32,000 nucleotides of DNA from Vibrio alginolyticus NBRC 15630 = ATCC 17749 (GCF_000354175.2 NC_022349.1:1950001-1982000); one strand, 5' to 3'; positions 17,953-27,850 are shown, counted from the stretch's first letter. The notes: generated by a model from the letters alone, not told the origin. Made by a program: numbers and translations.

Positions 17953-18069
17953 TATCACGACATCCCTATTCATTGCGTGACGATAGAGTACCCACTCTCC
18001 TTAATAACAAGAAAGAATAGAAGTGAATGTTTTATAACTTTTTGGAAGTAAGAACGGCTTACTTTTTGC

Positions 18070-18300
18070 TCATCGATCTTCAATGCGGACTTGTTGAAAG
18101 CCTACTGCCATTGCCGATTTTGACGCAGTATCCAAATCTTCATAAAGACATTCTTCGCCGTGACTGTCCGTTAGAAAAACAAAACCACCGCGCGCATGTC
18201 TGAACTCTACAACCCAACCACCCTCTTGGATTGCAGGCTCAATAATCGCTTCGATAAGCTGATTTTCACGGAATAGATGTCTTAGTTCATTTATTGTCAT
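18070..18300 (-). CDS. Small hypothetical protein (76 aa), family not recognised
   Basis: ORF 18070..18324 has a GTG start. The internal ATG at 18300 has an AGGGA Shine-Dalgarno 6 nt upstream (MTINELRHLFRENQLIEAIIEP...). It is soluble, with no signal peptide, and has its own upstream region after the OMP terminator. Confidence 0.6.
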   Translation of the reverse strand: MTINELRHLFRENQLIEAIIEPAIQEGGWVVEFRHARGGFVFLTDSHGEECLYEDLDTASKSAMAVGFQQVRIEDR

Positions 18301-18397
18301 CGCTATCCCTGCTTTAACTTTCACATTGCTCCTAGGTAAGCATGGTCTAAGTCAGCCAAATAGGGAGAAATTTCGATTAGATATAATGAAGTGATAT

Positions 18398-18427
18398 AAA
18401 AAAACGCCGCTTATAAAGCGACGTTTT
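18398..18427 (-). terminator. rho-independent terminator of the OMP gene
   Basis: The minus strand reads aaaacgtcgctt-tat-aagcggcgtttt with a run of T following. There is one mismatch in the stem. Confidence 0.75.
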
Positions 18428-18457
18428 AAGTAAATCGAGTATCTAACATGGCTGAAT

Positions 18458-19117
18458 TTAGAACGCGTATTCCGCACTCACAAAGAAGCCGTTAGCAAAA
18501 ATAAACTCTTTCCCTAGATCCGACATGAATTTATCGGACTCTAAATCAATCACACGGTAACCTCCACGAAAAGCCAGTCGAGCTTTTTCGAGCGCTACAT
18601 TGTATTGAACACCTGCCATGAAATCGGTGCTTTTGATACCTTTGTTGTCACCAAAGTTTATCTCACCAATCACATCAAAGTTTGTATCCGGAACTTGAAT
18701 TTCTGCGTAACCATACCAAGCCCAAATCAGCTCATCAAATTCTTCTACACGCCTGCTTGAGCCAGCATCAATGTATTTAGTGTCACTTAAATTACTTAAC
18801 GTGAGACCCGCATCAAAGTGCAATAAATCATGCTCTAGAACGTGGTAATACAAGGTTAAATCGAGCTTATCGAACCCCATGTAATCCGCATCAACACTTG
18901 AGTAACGAAGGCGCGCATTAGGGACATATTTAACATCATGTTCAATCGCCGCGTAAAAAGTGCCTGCGGTACTGCTATCTCGTCTCACTTCATTAACTTT
19001 AGTGTCGGCAGCCCATACCTCTGCGCCGACTTTTGTCGATACAGAGTACTCTGCAAAAACAGGAAAAGATACTGCCAACGATAATGCCGTTAAAGCGATG
19101 TTCGCTTTATTTGTCAT
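18458..19117 (-). CDS. Outer-membrane beta-barrel protein (~219 aa), possibly the TIGR04219-like family
   Basis: ORF 18458..19198 trimmed to the ATG at 19117. It has a signal peptide (MTNKANIALTALSLAVSFPVFA/EY), alternating amphipathic beta-strand patterns and a C-terminal AEYAF ending in Phe. The family name is from memory only. Confidence 0.8.
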   Translation of the reverse strand: MTNKANIALTALSLAVSFPVFAEYSVSTKVGAEVWAADTKVNEVRRDSSTAGTFYAAIEHDVKYVPNARLRYSSVDADYMGFDKLDLTLYYHVLEHDLLHFDAGLTLSNLSDTKYIDAGSSRRVEEFDELIWAWYGYAEIQVPDTNFDVIGEINFGDNKGIKSTDFMAGVQYNVALEKARLAFRGGYRVIDLESDKFMSDLGKEFIFANGFFVSAEYAF

Positions 19118-19215
19118 GTAGTATTTACTCCGAGATAGCTGATATTCACGTAGAGGACGTGAGAGGAAATATACCATATTCTCACGCCTCTCCATCAACT
19201 AAATGATGTTACTCA

Positions 19216-19431
19216 TTATTTATAGCGGGGCTGAGCGACGTAATTCTTGAAGAACCAAATACCCAATGCAATCACGATTAACCATGGTAATAGTTTAAGT
19301 ACCGCTCCAACCATTCCCAGTAAAAACATCACAACTAACGCAATACCAGTTGCTGCGAATACGGTCATCATTGTGATACCCGTAACCAACAAGGTCGCCG
19401 CGAAGACTAAAATAAAGATTAGCTCCAACAT
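19216..19431 (-). CDS. pspG: Envelope-stress (phage shock) membrane protein PspG, 71 aa
   Basis: MLELIFILVF...VTG...LKLLPWL... parallels E. coli PspG (MLELLFV...VTG...IKLLPWL) as I recall it. It has two hydrophobic helices and lies next to dusA as in E. coli (yjbN-yjbO). The ORF-track start at 19479 would overlap the sigma-54 promoter, so I chose the ATG at 19431 (GGAG 8-11 nt upstream). Confidence 0.8.
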   Translation of the reverse strand: MLELIFILVFAATLLVTGITMMTVFAATGIALVVMFLLGMVGAVLKLLPWLIVIALGIWFFKNYVAQPRYK

Positions 19432-19462
19432 AATCACTTCTCCATTTGTTTTCAATAAACAG

Positions 19463-19478
19463 AGCAGTTTCCATACCA
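19463..19478 (-). promoter_or_regulatory. Sigma-54 (-24/-12) promoter of pspG
   Basis: The minus strand reads TGGTATGGAAACTGCT against the consensus TGGCACG-N4-TTGCW. The GG and GC dinucleotides have the correct 12-nt register, and the element lies about 32 nt upstream of the pspG ATG. Confidence 0.7.
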
Positions 19479-19513
19479 ACTTACAGAAACGAAGTTAAGA
19501 TTATGATTTTTAA

Positions 19514-19553
19514 TAAAAAAACAAAGCCAGAGGCATTTCTGCACTCTGGCTTT
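19514..19553 (-). terminator. rho-independent terminator of dusA
   Basis: The minus strand reads aaagccagag...ctctggcttt (10-bp stem) followed by GTTTTTTTATT, 43 nt after the dusA stop. Confidence 0.85.
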
Positions 19554-19595
19554 ATAATTCTTTAGTTGGTAATTTTAGCCATTCACTGGCGAATT

Positions 19596-20576
19596 TTACA
19601 CATTCAATTCTTTTGGAATCTTAGCTAGCGCGTCTTGCAATACTTCTAGACCAGAACCTGGTTTGTGCGCATTTTCACTGATATGACGACGCCATTGACG
19701 AGCACCGGGCATGCTTTGGAACAAACCTAACATGTGGCGGGTAATATGACCAAGGTACGCACCTTTCGCTAATTGCGCTTCAATGTATGGATACATCTCT
19801 TCAACAATTTCGCTGCGTTTCTTCACTGGAGCATTAGAGCCAAACAACTCTTGATCTACCGATGCCAGTAAATATGGGCTTTGGTATGCTTCACGACCAA
19901 TCATCACACCGTCAAGATGCTGAAGATGTGCTTTTGCTTCTTCTAATGATTTCACGCCACCGTTAATCGCAATCGTTAGGTGTGAGAAGTCTTGCTTCAA
20001 TTGGTAAGCGCGTGGGTAATCCAATGGTGGGATCTCACGGTTTTCTTTTGGGCTTAGACCACTTAACCATGCTTTACGTGCGTGGATAGTGAACTGCTCA
20101 CAGCCACCCTTTTCTGAAACAATAGAAACGAAATCCGTTAGGAATTCGTAAGAGTCTTGATCATCAATACCAATGCGAGTCTTGACTGTTACAGGGATAT
20201 CGACCACGTCTTTCATTGCTGCGACACAATCCGCAACTAACTGCGGTTCAGCCATTAGGCAAGCACCAAATCGACCGTTTTGTACGCGGTCAGATGGACA
20301 CCCCACATTTAGGTTAATCTCATCGTAGCCACGCTCTTGCGCTAGCTTGGCACACGTAGCCAAATCTGCTGGGTTTGAACCACCAAGTTGAAGGGCTAAC
20401 GGATGCTCTTCTTCGTTATAAGCCAGGAAATCTCCTTTTCCATGAATGATCGCACCTGTCGTCACCATTTCAGTGTACAACAGGGTTTCTTTGGTCATTA
20501 AGCGATGGAAGTAGCGACAATGACGATCAGTCCAATCTAACATTGGTGCTACGGAGAGCCTGCAAGAATGAGTCAT
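19596..20576 (-). CDS. dusA: tRNA dihydrouridine(20/20a) synthase DusA
   Basis: ORF 19596..20660 trimmed to the ATG at 20576 ([26 protein letters not shown]...), giving 326 aa versus ~330 aa in E. coli. It is a TIM-barrel Dus family protein with the LNVGCP motif. Confidence 0.93.
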   Translation of the reverse strand: MTHSCRLSVAPMLDWTDRHCRYFHRLMTKETLLYTEMVTTGAIIHGKGDFLAYNEEEHPLALQLGGSNPADLATCAKLAQERGYDEINLNVGCPSDRVQNGRFGACLMAEPQLVADCVAAMKDVVDIPVTVKTRIGIDDQDSYEFLTDFVSIVSEKGGCEQFTIHARKAWLSGLSPKENREIPPLDYPRAYQLKQDFSHLTIAINGGVKSLEEAKAHLQHLDGVMIGREAYQSPYLLASVDQELFGSNAPVKKRSEIVEEMYPYIEAQLAKGAYLGHITRHMLGLFQSMPGARQWRRHISENAHKPGSGLEVLQDALAKIPKELNV

Positions 20577-20897
20577 GATATAAACACCCGTTTTTATGTT
20601 GCCAAGGTCGAGCGCAGCAGTACGCTCAAAAAATAAGTCGGGTATTGTATACCCAAGCACCTCTGGGTGCTAGTTTCAGCGAGAATGATTTGGTTGGCTG
20701 ACTAGCCAAGTGCTTAGGAATACGCAGAAGTAATACGAATCTGTCATTCGTTGATTCATTCTGTGATGATTATTCCGCCTTCACACCACCACCGACTTGC
20801 TTTAATTCATGATTTTCGTTCTGATAGTGGGTAAAATGAAGCATTTCTAAACGAACTTCGTATAGAAATGATTTATCATAGAGCACGTCCGATAGTT

Positions 20898-21362
20898 ATG
20901 GTGAAAGGTTTGAACCCAACAATCATTGAACAAATTGAAAGTATCTGCGCAGAGCGTGGAGTACGACTGACTCCGCAACGCCGACGCGTATTTGAACTCA
21001 TTTGTTCTAATCGCCGCGCCTCAAGTGCGTATGAGCTATTGGAGCAACTAAAAGAGAGTGAGCCTCAGGCTAAGCCGCCCACTGTTTATCGAGCATTAGA
21101 TTTTCTCCTAGAACAAGGCTTCATCCACCGAGTGGAATCGACAAATAGCTTTATTACTTGTTGTTCTTTCAATACTCAGCAGCACTTTTTCCAATTACTA
21201 ATTTGCGATAAATGTGGTGATGTCGTTGAACTCGAAGATGAGACGCTGATATCCTTGTTAGCCGAAAACGCCGAGAAGCATGGATTCAAACTGACCAACC
21301 AAGTTATTGAAACTCATGGTGAATGCCAGGCCTGTTCCTCCGAGACGAAAGAAAAAGTATAG
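20898..21362 (+). CDS. zur: Zinc uptake regulator Zur (Fur family)
   Basis: RLTPQRRRVFELI, QAKPPTVYRALDFLLEQGFIHRVESTNSF and the C-terminal Cys pairs closely match E. coli Zur. The ATG at 20898 gives the same N-terminal length as E. coli. The alternative ATG at 20868 is the ORF-track start. Neither has a clear Shine-Dalgarno. Confidence 0.9.
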   Translation: MVKGLNPTIIEQIESICAERGVRLTPQRRRVFELICSNRRASSAYELLEQLKESEPQAKPPTVYRALDFLLEQGFIHRVESTNSFITCCSFNTQQHFFQLLICDKCGDVVELEDETLISLLAENAEKHGFKLTNQVIETHGECQACSSETKEKV

Positions 21363-21371
21363 AAGAACGTT

Positions 21372-21833
21372 ATGCGCGCTGAATTTGTAAACCCGTTTTT
21401 AGCTTCTTTAATGAACGTGCTAAAAACTATGGCTTCTCTTGAGCTGAAGCCACAAAAACCGCGAATCAAAAAAGATGAGATCGCACGAGGTGACGTTTCT
21501 GGTCTGATTGGTATGGTAGGCCCACAAACTCGTGGTTCAATGTCGATCACCTTTGATGAAGCACTCGCCCTAGAAATCATGCAGAACATGCTTGGTGAAC
21601 GTCCAAATGGGCTCAATGAAGAAGTGACCGATATGGTGGGTGAGATCACCAACATGGTTACTGGTGGTGCGAAACGCATTCTGGCGGAAAGTGGTTTTGA
21701 CTTTGATATGGCAACACCGGTTGTGGTTTCGGGCCGAGGTCATACGATTCGCCACAAGTGTGAAGGCTCAATTATTATCATGCCTTTCTCTTCCCAATGG
21801 GGAAATGCATTTATCGAAATTTGCTTCGAATAA
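21372..21833 (+). CDS. CheX-like protein (chemotaxis phosphatase CheX family), 153 aa
   Basis: The N-terminal FVNPFLASLMNVLKTM, GDVSGLIGMVG and EITNMVTGGAK patterns are typical of the CheX/CheC-type fold as I recall it. It starts 9 nt after the zur stop. Confidence 0.75.
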   Translation: MRAEFVNPFLASLMNVLKTMASLELKPQKPRIKKDEIARGDVSGLIGMVGPQTRGSMSITFDEALALEIMQNMLGERPNGLNEEVTDMVGEITNMVTGGAKRILAESGFDFDMATPVVVSGRGHTIRHKCEGSIIIMPFSSQWGNAFIEICFE

Positions 21834-21841
21834 AAGAGAAA

Positions 21842-21874
21842 AATAGGTTGGCACTGGCCAACCTATTTGTTTTT
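21842..21874 (+). terminator. rho-independent terminator after the CheX-like gene
   Basis: aataggttggc-actg-gccaacctatt followed by TGTTTTT. Confidence 0.85.
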
Positions 21875-21886
21875 GCCTCAGGCAAT

Positions 21887-21914
21887 AAAAAGGTCAGCAT
21901 TTGCTGACCTTTTC
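21887..21914 (-). terminator. rho-independent terminator of pgi
   Basis: The minus strand reads aggtcagca-aa-tgctgacct followed by TTTTATT, 17 nt after the pgi stop. Confidence 0.8.
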
Positions 21915-21930
21915 TTTATCTATTCAAACA

Positions 21931-23583
21931 TTAAGCTTTGAACGCTTTAAATGCGTTGATTAGACCGTTTGTTGAGCTGTCATGCGAGCTGATTTGAGAC
22001 TCGTCTGCAAGCTCAGGTAGGATTTGGTTAGCCAGTTGTTTACCTAGCTCCACGCCCCATTGGTCAAAGCTGAAGATATTCCAGATAACACCTTGTACGA
22101 AAATTTTGTGTTCGTACATTGCGATCAAGTTACCTAGCGTACGAGGCGTGATTTGCTTCACTAGAATAGAGTTTGTTGGACGGTTACCTTCAAACACTTT
22201 GAATGGCGCAATCGCTGCCACTTCTTCAGCATTCTTACCTACTTTCACCAACTCTTCTTTCACGCTTTCTTCATTTTTACCAAACGCTAGAGCTTCAGTT
22301 TGCGCGAAGAAGTTAGACATCAGTTTTTGGTGATGATCGCTAGCTGGGTTGTGGCTAATTGCAGGTGCAATGAAGTCACATGGGATAAGCTTAGTACCTT
22401 GGTGAATTAGCTGGTAGAACGCGTGCTGACCGTTGGTACCTGGTTCACCCCAAATGATTGGGCCAGTTTGGTAAGTTACAGCATTGCCGTCACGGTCAAC
22501 GTATTTACCGTTTGACTCCATGTTACCTTGCTGGAAGTACGCTGCGAAACGGTGCATATACTGATCGTAAGGTAGGATAGCTTCTGACTCCGCACCGTGG
22601 AAGTTGTTGTACCAAATACCAATCAAAGCAAGAATCACTGGAATATTGCTTTCTAGATCTGTTGATACGAAGTGCTTGTCCATCTCGTGAGCACCATCAA
22701 GCAACTCAACAAAGTTGTCGAAACCTACTGCTAGTGCAATTGATAGACCGATCGCAGACCATAGTGAGTAACGGCCACCAACCCAGTCCCAGAATTCAAA
22801 CATGTTCGCTGTATCGATACCAAATTCAGACACGGCTGTCGCGTTTGTTGAAAGCGCAGCAAAGTGCTTAGCCACATGAGCCTGATCACCCGCAGATTCT
22901 AGGAACCAATCACGAGCAGTGTGCGCGTTAGTCATGGTTTCTTGCGTTGTAAACGTCTTAGACGCGATCAAGAATAACGTCGTTTCTGGGTTAACTTTCT
23001 TCAACGTTTCAACGATGTGTGTACCATCAACGTTAGATACGAAGTGAAGGTTTAGATGATTTTTGTATGGCGCTAGAGCTTCCGTCACCATGTAAGGGCC
23101 AAGGTCAGAACCGCCGATACCGATGTTCACAATATCAGTAATTGCTTTGCCTGTGTAACCTTTCCATTCACCGCCGATAACGCGCTCAGTGAATGATTTC
23201 ATTTTTTCTAGAACCGCGTTCACTGCTGGCATTACGTCTTCGCCGTCTACCATAACTGGAGTATTAGCGCGGTTACGTAGTGCAGTGTGAAGAACAGCGC
23301 GACCTTCTGTTTGGTTGATCGCTTCACCACTGAACATCGCTTCAATTGCAGATTTCAGCTCGGTCTCTTTCGCAAGAGCAAACAGGTGCTTCAGAGTTTC
23401 CTCATTGATGAGGTTCTTTGAGTAATCGACTAGGATGTCTGAGCCGAAACGTGCAGAGTATTTGTCGAAACGCGCTGCGTCTTGAGCAAACAGCTCTTTA
23501 AGATCCATATCTTGTGCAGATTCGAAATGCGCCGTTAGCGCTTTCCAAGCTTGTGTTTGCGTTGGATTGATATTTTTCAACAT
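21931..23583 (-). CDS. pgi: Glucose-6-phosphate isomerase
   Basis: 550 aa, the full-length PGI signature ([16 protein letters not shown]..., [27 protein letters not shown]). Confidence 0.97.
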   Translation of the reverse strand: MLKNINPTQTQAWKALTAHFESAQDMDLKELFAQDAARFDKYSARFGSDILVDYSKNLINEETLKHLFALAKETELKSAIEAMFSGEAINQTEGRAVLHTALRNRANTPVMVDGEDVMPAVNAVLEKMKSFTERVIGGEWKGYTGKAITDIVNIGIGGSDLGPYMVTEALAPYKNHLNLHFVSNVDGTHIVETLKKVNPETTLFLIASKTFTTQETMTNAHTARDWFLESAGDQAHVAKHFAALSTNATAVSEFGIDTANMFEFWDWVGGRYSLWSAIGLSIALAVGFDNFVELLDGAHEMDKHFVSTDLESNIPVILALIGIWYNNFHGAESEAILPYDQYMHRFAAYFQQGNMESNGKYVDRDGNAVTYQTGPIIWGEPGTNGQHAFYQLIHQGTKLIPCDFIAPAISHNPASDHHQKLMSNFFAQTEALAFGKNEESVKEELVKVGKNAEEVAAIAPFKVFEGNRPTNSILVKQITPRTLGNLIAMYEHKIFVQGVIWNIFSFDQWGVELGKQLANQILPELADESQISSHDSSTNGLINAFKAFKA

Positions 23584-23889
23584 GGTCTTTATCCCGATGT
23601 TACAGTAGGTTCCATTCCTTACAGTCTAGCGAAAACTGTGGAATCCCCGATTTAGCAAATAGAATATAAATTAGATGTTTGGGCAAATTGCCACAAAACA
23701 AGTCTTTGTAATTTTTTTTCAGGCGCCAATTATGACCGAGAGCTTTTACACTCACATTGAGTTAGGTCACGTTCCCTGCCCTGAAATTGAACAATTCATT
23801 TACGATGACAAGAATCATATCATTTACTAATGACAGGCTCTAATTGGAATAGGATAGACGCCAATTTATAAATTTCCAAAGGAACACGT

Positions 23890-24309
23890 ATGTGGGCACA
23901 AAAAACACTGCAATTAAAAGCGAGAAGCCGCGGTTTTCACCTGATAACTGATGAAATTGAACAACAATTACCACAAATAAACGAACTTTCAGTAGGTTTA
24001 TTACACCTATTTATTCAGCACACCTCCGCCAGTTTGACCTTAAATGAGAATGCTGATCCAACCGTGCGTATGGACATGGAAGCGCACTTCAATAAGTTTG
24101 TGCCAGAGCGTGCTCCTTATTATCAGCACACCTATGAAGGTGACGACGACATGCCGGCACATATTAAAGCATCACTGCTTGGCAGTAGTGTGACGGTACC
24201 AATCCAAAATGGTCGATTAGCTTTAGGAACATGGCAAGGTATTTACTTGGGTGAGCATCGAGACTTTGGTGGCGGCCGCCGCGTTATTGCTACGATTAAC
24301 GGTGAGTAG
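23890..24309 (+). CDS. yjbQ: YjbQ/UPF0047 family protein (secondary thiamine-phosphate synthase-like)
   Basis: 139 aa. [23 protein letters not shown]...[17 protein letters not shown]...DDMPAHIK...[12 protein letters not shown] is nearly collinear with E. coli YjbQ as I recall it. Confidence 0.9.
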   Translation: MWAQKTLQLKARSRGFHLITDEIEQQLPQINELSVGLLHLFIQHTSASLTLNENADPTVRMDMEAHFNKFVPERAPYYQHTYEGDDDMPAHIKASLLGSSVTVPIQNGRLALGTWQGIYLGEHRDFGGGRRVIATINGE

Positions 24310-24316
24310 ATAAAAC

Positions 24317-24341
24317 AAAGGCTAACCTTGGGTTAGCCTTT
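24317..24341. terminator. Bidirectional terminator between convergent yjbQ and alr
   Basis: aaaggctaacc-ttg-ggttagccttt, flanked by T-rich runs on both strands. Confidence 0.8.
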
Positions 24342-24347
24342 CGTTGT

Positions 24348-25424
24348 TTATTTGGAGTATTCCATCTCGACGCGAGGCGTTAGCTTAGTCACGAGTTCAT
24401 ACGCAATCGTACCAATGTGACCCGCCACTTCTTCTACTGGGAGCTCTTTCCCCCAAAGAATCGCTTCGTCGCTGACTTTATCCGTTGCGTCTGGTCCCAA
24501 ATCGACCGTCAGCATATCCATGGAAACTCGACCTGCAATAGGTACTTTACGGCCATTAACCCACACCGGCGTACCGTTTGGAGCACTTCTTGGGTAACCG
24601 TCGCCATACCCTACAGCGATGACCCCAACTTTTGTATCTCGCTCACTGGTCCAAATACCACCATAGCCAACACTTTCGCCCTTCTTCACTTCACGTACCG
24701 CAATAAGGTGGGATTTAAGTGTCATGACAGGCTGATACCCAAGATCTTGCGCCGTTTTGTCATCGAATGGCGACACACCATACATGATAATACCCGGACG
24801 AACCCAATCTAAATGGCTTTGAGGCCATGCCAATAACCCCGCAGATGCCGCCAGTGAACGTTCCCCTTGGCAACCAGAAGTCAACGATTTAAACAGCTCA
24901 ATCTGTTGTGGGGTAATATCGCTATCCAGCTCATCTGCACAGCCAAAGTGGCTCATGTAACGCAACGGTTTCGCTACATTTGGACACTCCTTCAGCCGCG
25001 TTACAAACTCGTCATATTGTTCAGGACGAACCCCAAGGCGGTGCATGCCACTGTCAATCTTCAGCCACACGACAACCGGAGTTTCAAGGTCTGCTTGCTC
25101 CAAGGCGATAAGCTGCTCTTCACAGTGCACCACGGTTTGGATGTTGTTCGTCACAAGAACAGGTAAATCACCAGGAGAGTAAAAACCTTCTAGCAATAGA
25201 ATCGGCTTTACTACTCCACAAGCGCGCAGTTGCAATGCTTCTTCAATGCGAGCCACGCCAAACGCATCCGCATGGTTAGCATGTTTTGCGACATGACGTA
25301 ATCCGTGACCATAACCATTGGCCTTGACGACAGCCATCACTTTACTTTGTGGCGCTTGAGCTTTTACGCGCTGTAAGTTGTGCTGCAACGCAGACAAATC
25401 AATGCACGCCTTGGCCGCTTTCAT
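24348..25424 (-). CDS. alr: Alanine racemase
   Basis: ORF 24348..25601 overlaps dnaB, so I trimmed it to the ATG at 25424 ([21 protein letters not shown]...[10 protein letters not shown], the PLP-lysine motif). This gives 358 aa versus 359 aa in E. coli. The ATG at 25433 is an alternative. Confidence 0.93.
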   Translation of the reverse strand: MKAAKACIDLSALQHNLQRVKAQAPQSKVMAVVKANGYGHGLRHVAKHANHADAFGVARIEEALQLRACGVVKPILLLEGFYSPGDLPVLVTNNIQTVVHCEEQLIALEQADLETPVVVWLKIDSGMHRLGVRPEQYDEFVTRLKECPNVAKPLRYMSHFGCADELDSDITPQQIELFKSLTSGCQGERSLAASAGLLAWPQSHLDWVRPGIIMYGVSPFDDKTAQDLGYQPVMTLKSHLIAVREVKKGESVGYGGIWTSERDTKVGVIAVGYGDGYPRSAPNGTPVWVNGRKVPIAGRVSMDMLTVDLGPDATDKVSDEAILWGKELPVEEVAGHIGTIAYELVTKLTPRVEMEYSK

Positions 25425-25437
25425 ATAGCTCATGGAA

Positions 25438-26838
25438 TTACTCATCATCAATATCGAATGCAGGACCCGCGTAGTTGTCGAAACGCGAATGTTGACCTTG
25501 GAAAGTGAGGCGAACAGAGCCGATAGGACCGTTACGCTGTTTACCAATAATGATTTCGGCCGTACCTTTGTACGGACTATCTGGGTGATAAACCTCATCA
25601 CGGTAGATGAACATGATCAAGTCGGCATCCTGCTCGATGGAACCGGATTCACGCAAGTCCGAGTTTACTGGTCGTTTATCCGCACGTTGCTCTAGGGAAC
25701 GGTTTAGCTGCGACAGTGCCACAACAGGCACATTTAGCTCTTTTGCCAGCGCCTTAAGAGAGCGAGAGATCTCAGCAATCTCAAGAGTACGGTTATCAGT
25801 TAACGAAGGCACGCGCATCAACTGAAGGTAGTCGACCATGATCATAGATAGACCGCCATGTTCACGAGCGATACGGCGAGCGCGCGAACGCACTTCGGTC
25901 GGAGTTAGACCAGAGCTATCATCAATGTACATATTTTTCTTCTGCATCAGGATACCCATAGTAGAAGAAATACGCGCCCAATCTTCGTCATCTAGCTGAC
26001 CCGTACGGATCTTGGTTTGGTCAACACGAGACAAAGAGGCCAACATACGCATCATCAACTGTTCAGCTGGCATCTCTAACGAGAAAATAAGTACGGGCTT
26101 TTCTTGTTGCATGGCCGCATTTTCACACAAGTTCATCGCAAAGGTCGTTTTACCCATCGATGGACGCGCTGCGACAATCACCAAATCAGAGCCTTGCAAA
26201 CCTGCGGTTTTCTTATTGAGGTCTGTGAAACCGGTATCGACCCCGGTAACACCATCTTGTGGCGTTTTATACAACAACTCGATACGTTCTAACGTCTTTT
26301 CAAGGATGTTGTCGACGTTTTGTGGTCCTTCGTTTTCACTAGTTCGAGACTCGGCGATAGCAAAAACTTTACTCTCCGCCATGTCTATTAAATCTTCAGA
26401 ACTGCGACCTTGAGGGTCATAGCCCGCGTCCGCAATTTCATTCGCGACACCAATAAGGCCACGAACAATCGCGCGCTCAGCGACAATATCAGCATACGCA
26501 TTGATGTTAGCTGCACTTGGCGTATTCTTCGCCAAGTCAGCGAGGTAAGCAAAACCGCCTACATCTTCTAACAACTCGTGACGCTCTAGATATTCCGATA
26601 AAGTAATAAGATCGAGAGGTTTACCCGCTTCAAGAATGGTTTTTACACCTTCAAAAATCAGGCGATGTGGACGACTATAGAAATCACTGCTCACAACACG
26701 TTCGGCAACGGTGTCCCAACGTTCATTATCCAGTAAAAGACCACCAATTACTGATTGCTCGGCTTCTAGTGAGTGAGGTGGCACTTTGATTGCGTCGACC
26801 TGACTGTCTGAAGGTTTGCGATTTCTGTTTTCCGCCAT
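25438..26838 (-). CDS. dnaB: Replicative DNA helicase DnaB
   Basis: 466 aa, with Walker A ([11 protein letters not shown]), the IMVDYLQLM motif, and an N-terminus ([17 protein letters not shown]) typical of DnaB. Confidence 0.97.
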   Translation of the reverse strand: MAENRNRKPSDSQVDAIKVPPHSLEAEQSVIGGLLLDNERWDTVAERVVSSDFYSRPHRLIFEGVKTILEAGKPLDLITLSEYLERHELLEDVGGFAYLADLAKNTPSAANINAYADIVAERAIVRGLIGVANEIADAGYDPQGRSSEDLIDMAESKVFAIAESRTSENEGPQNVDNILEKTLERIELLYKTPQDGVTGVDTGFTDLNKKTAGLQGSDLVIVAARPSMGKTTFAMNLCENAAMQQEKPVLIFSLEMPAEQLMMRMLASLSRVDQTKIRTGQLDDEDWARISSTMGILMQKKNMYIDDSSGLTPTEVRSRARRIAREHGGLSMIMVDYLQLMRVPSLTDNRTLEIAEISRSLKALAKELNVPVVALSQLNRSLEQRADKRPVNSDLRESGSIEQDADLIMFIYRDEVYHPDSPYKGTAEIIIGKQRNGPIGSVRLTFQGQHSRFDNYAGPAFDIDDE

Positions 26839-27059
26839 GACTTTGCTCGATAACTACTATTGACCCACGATTATAACCTTAACCTAGCTGAGATGCTTCC
26901 CCGAAGCGACAATTACTTGTTAAGAAATCATCATGTGAACCACCCGGGTAATAGCCTGGTTCTTCCGCCTAGCTCTAATAAAAATTAACCTACCATTGAC
27001 CCAACCAAATATCTGTATCAGTATCATGCCCCTCCTTTTTGATTACGTTCGAGGTTGAT

Positions 27060-27824
27060 GTGTCCCGATACTGGTTACTTAGCTTTAGCCTACTGTGCGC
27101 TAGTGCATCGTATGCTGACGAATCAGTACAGCCAGAGCAAAATATTGATGTACCCGACCCACTAAAAACCGAGGTGGAGTTCGGCTATCAAGCTCACACA
27201 GGTAACACGGACTCTCGTTCCCTGAATGCTCGTTTGAGTGCTGAATATACGTCAGGTCGACACCGTTCTAATGGTGAATGGAAGTACTACAACTTGTACA
27301 AAGACGGTGAAGAAGACAAACGCTCATCCACCTACTCCCTACAGAGTGACTACAAGTTAGGCCCTAAGACATATTTGTATGGCAGCTTTAAAGGGGTGGA
27401 TTCTCGCTACAGTGCTTATTTTAAAGACTATACGTTGTCAGGTGGTTTGGGTTACCAGTTCTCCTACACTGAGAACTTCATTTTAGAGGTAGAGGTAGGC
27501 CCTGGTTTTCGCTATCAAGAGCCAAACTTAGACGAAATAGATGATGACGATATTGTCTTTCCCGATATCGTTAGAGAAGGCATTTTTCGAGGAAATATCA
27601 ACACAACTTGGCATGCGTTGGATAATTTAAGTTTCGCAGCTGATATTACGTTGGTAACAGGTAGAAGTAACACACGTACTGATAGTGAACTCAGTGTAAC
27701 CAATGATATTACTGAAGATATTGCACTGAAACTGGCGCACTCTCGTCAGTATCACGATAAAGTGCCTGAAGGCTTAAGCAAAGCAGACAGCGTATTTTCC
27801 GTTAATTTACTTTTCGCTTTTTAA
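27060..27824 (+). CDS. DUF481 (YdiY-like) outer-membrane beta-barrel protein
   Basis: ORF 27039..27824 has a TTG start. The in-frame GTG at 27060 has GAGG 6 nt upstream and yields the signal peptide MSRYWLLSFSLLCASASYA/DE. It has repeated beta-strand patterns and a C-terminal LLFAF. It resembles E. coli YdiY. Confidence 0.8.
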   Translation: MSRYWLLSFSLLCASASYADESVQPEQNIDVPDPLKTEVEFGYQAHTGNTDSRSLNARLSAEYTSGRHRSNGEWKYYNLYKDGEEDKRSSTYSLQSDYKLGPKTYLYGSFKGVDSRYSAYFKDYTLSGGLGYQFSYTENFILEVEVGPGFRYQEPNLDEIDDDDIVFPDIVREGIFRGNINTTWHALDNLSFAADITLVTGRSNTRTDSELSVTNDITEDIALKLAHSRQYHDKVPEGLSKADSVFSVNLLFAF

Positions 27825-27850
27825 CCCTTTTTCTCTCAGTTTTAGAAATA

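Noticed and set aside
20833-20880. Zur-box-like fragments upstream of zur (AAATGaagCATTT at 20833-20845 and GAAATGATTTATCATA at 20865-20880).
   Set aside because: Only the outer AAATG/CATTT arms match the ~23-bp Zur palindrome. The central TTATAWTATAA core is absent.
21314-21846. A 121-aa antisense ORF and two smaller ORFs overlapping the CheX-like gene.
   Set aside because: The sense frame has family-typical motifs and a terminator. The antisense products are Ser/Pro/Arg-rich, which is typical of reverse-frame artefacts.
24417-25166. Antisense ORFs of 131 aa and 99 aa inside alr.
   Set aside because: alr is clearly identified (PLP motif, full length). The antisense ORFs have no independent signals.
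25432-26413. Antisense ORFs (87, 72, 133 and 62 aa) inside dnaB.
   Set aside because: The same reasoning applies. dnaB is full length with its Walker motifs.
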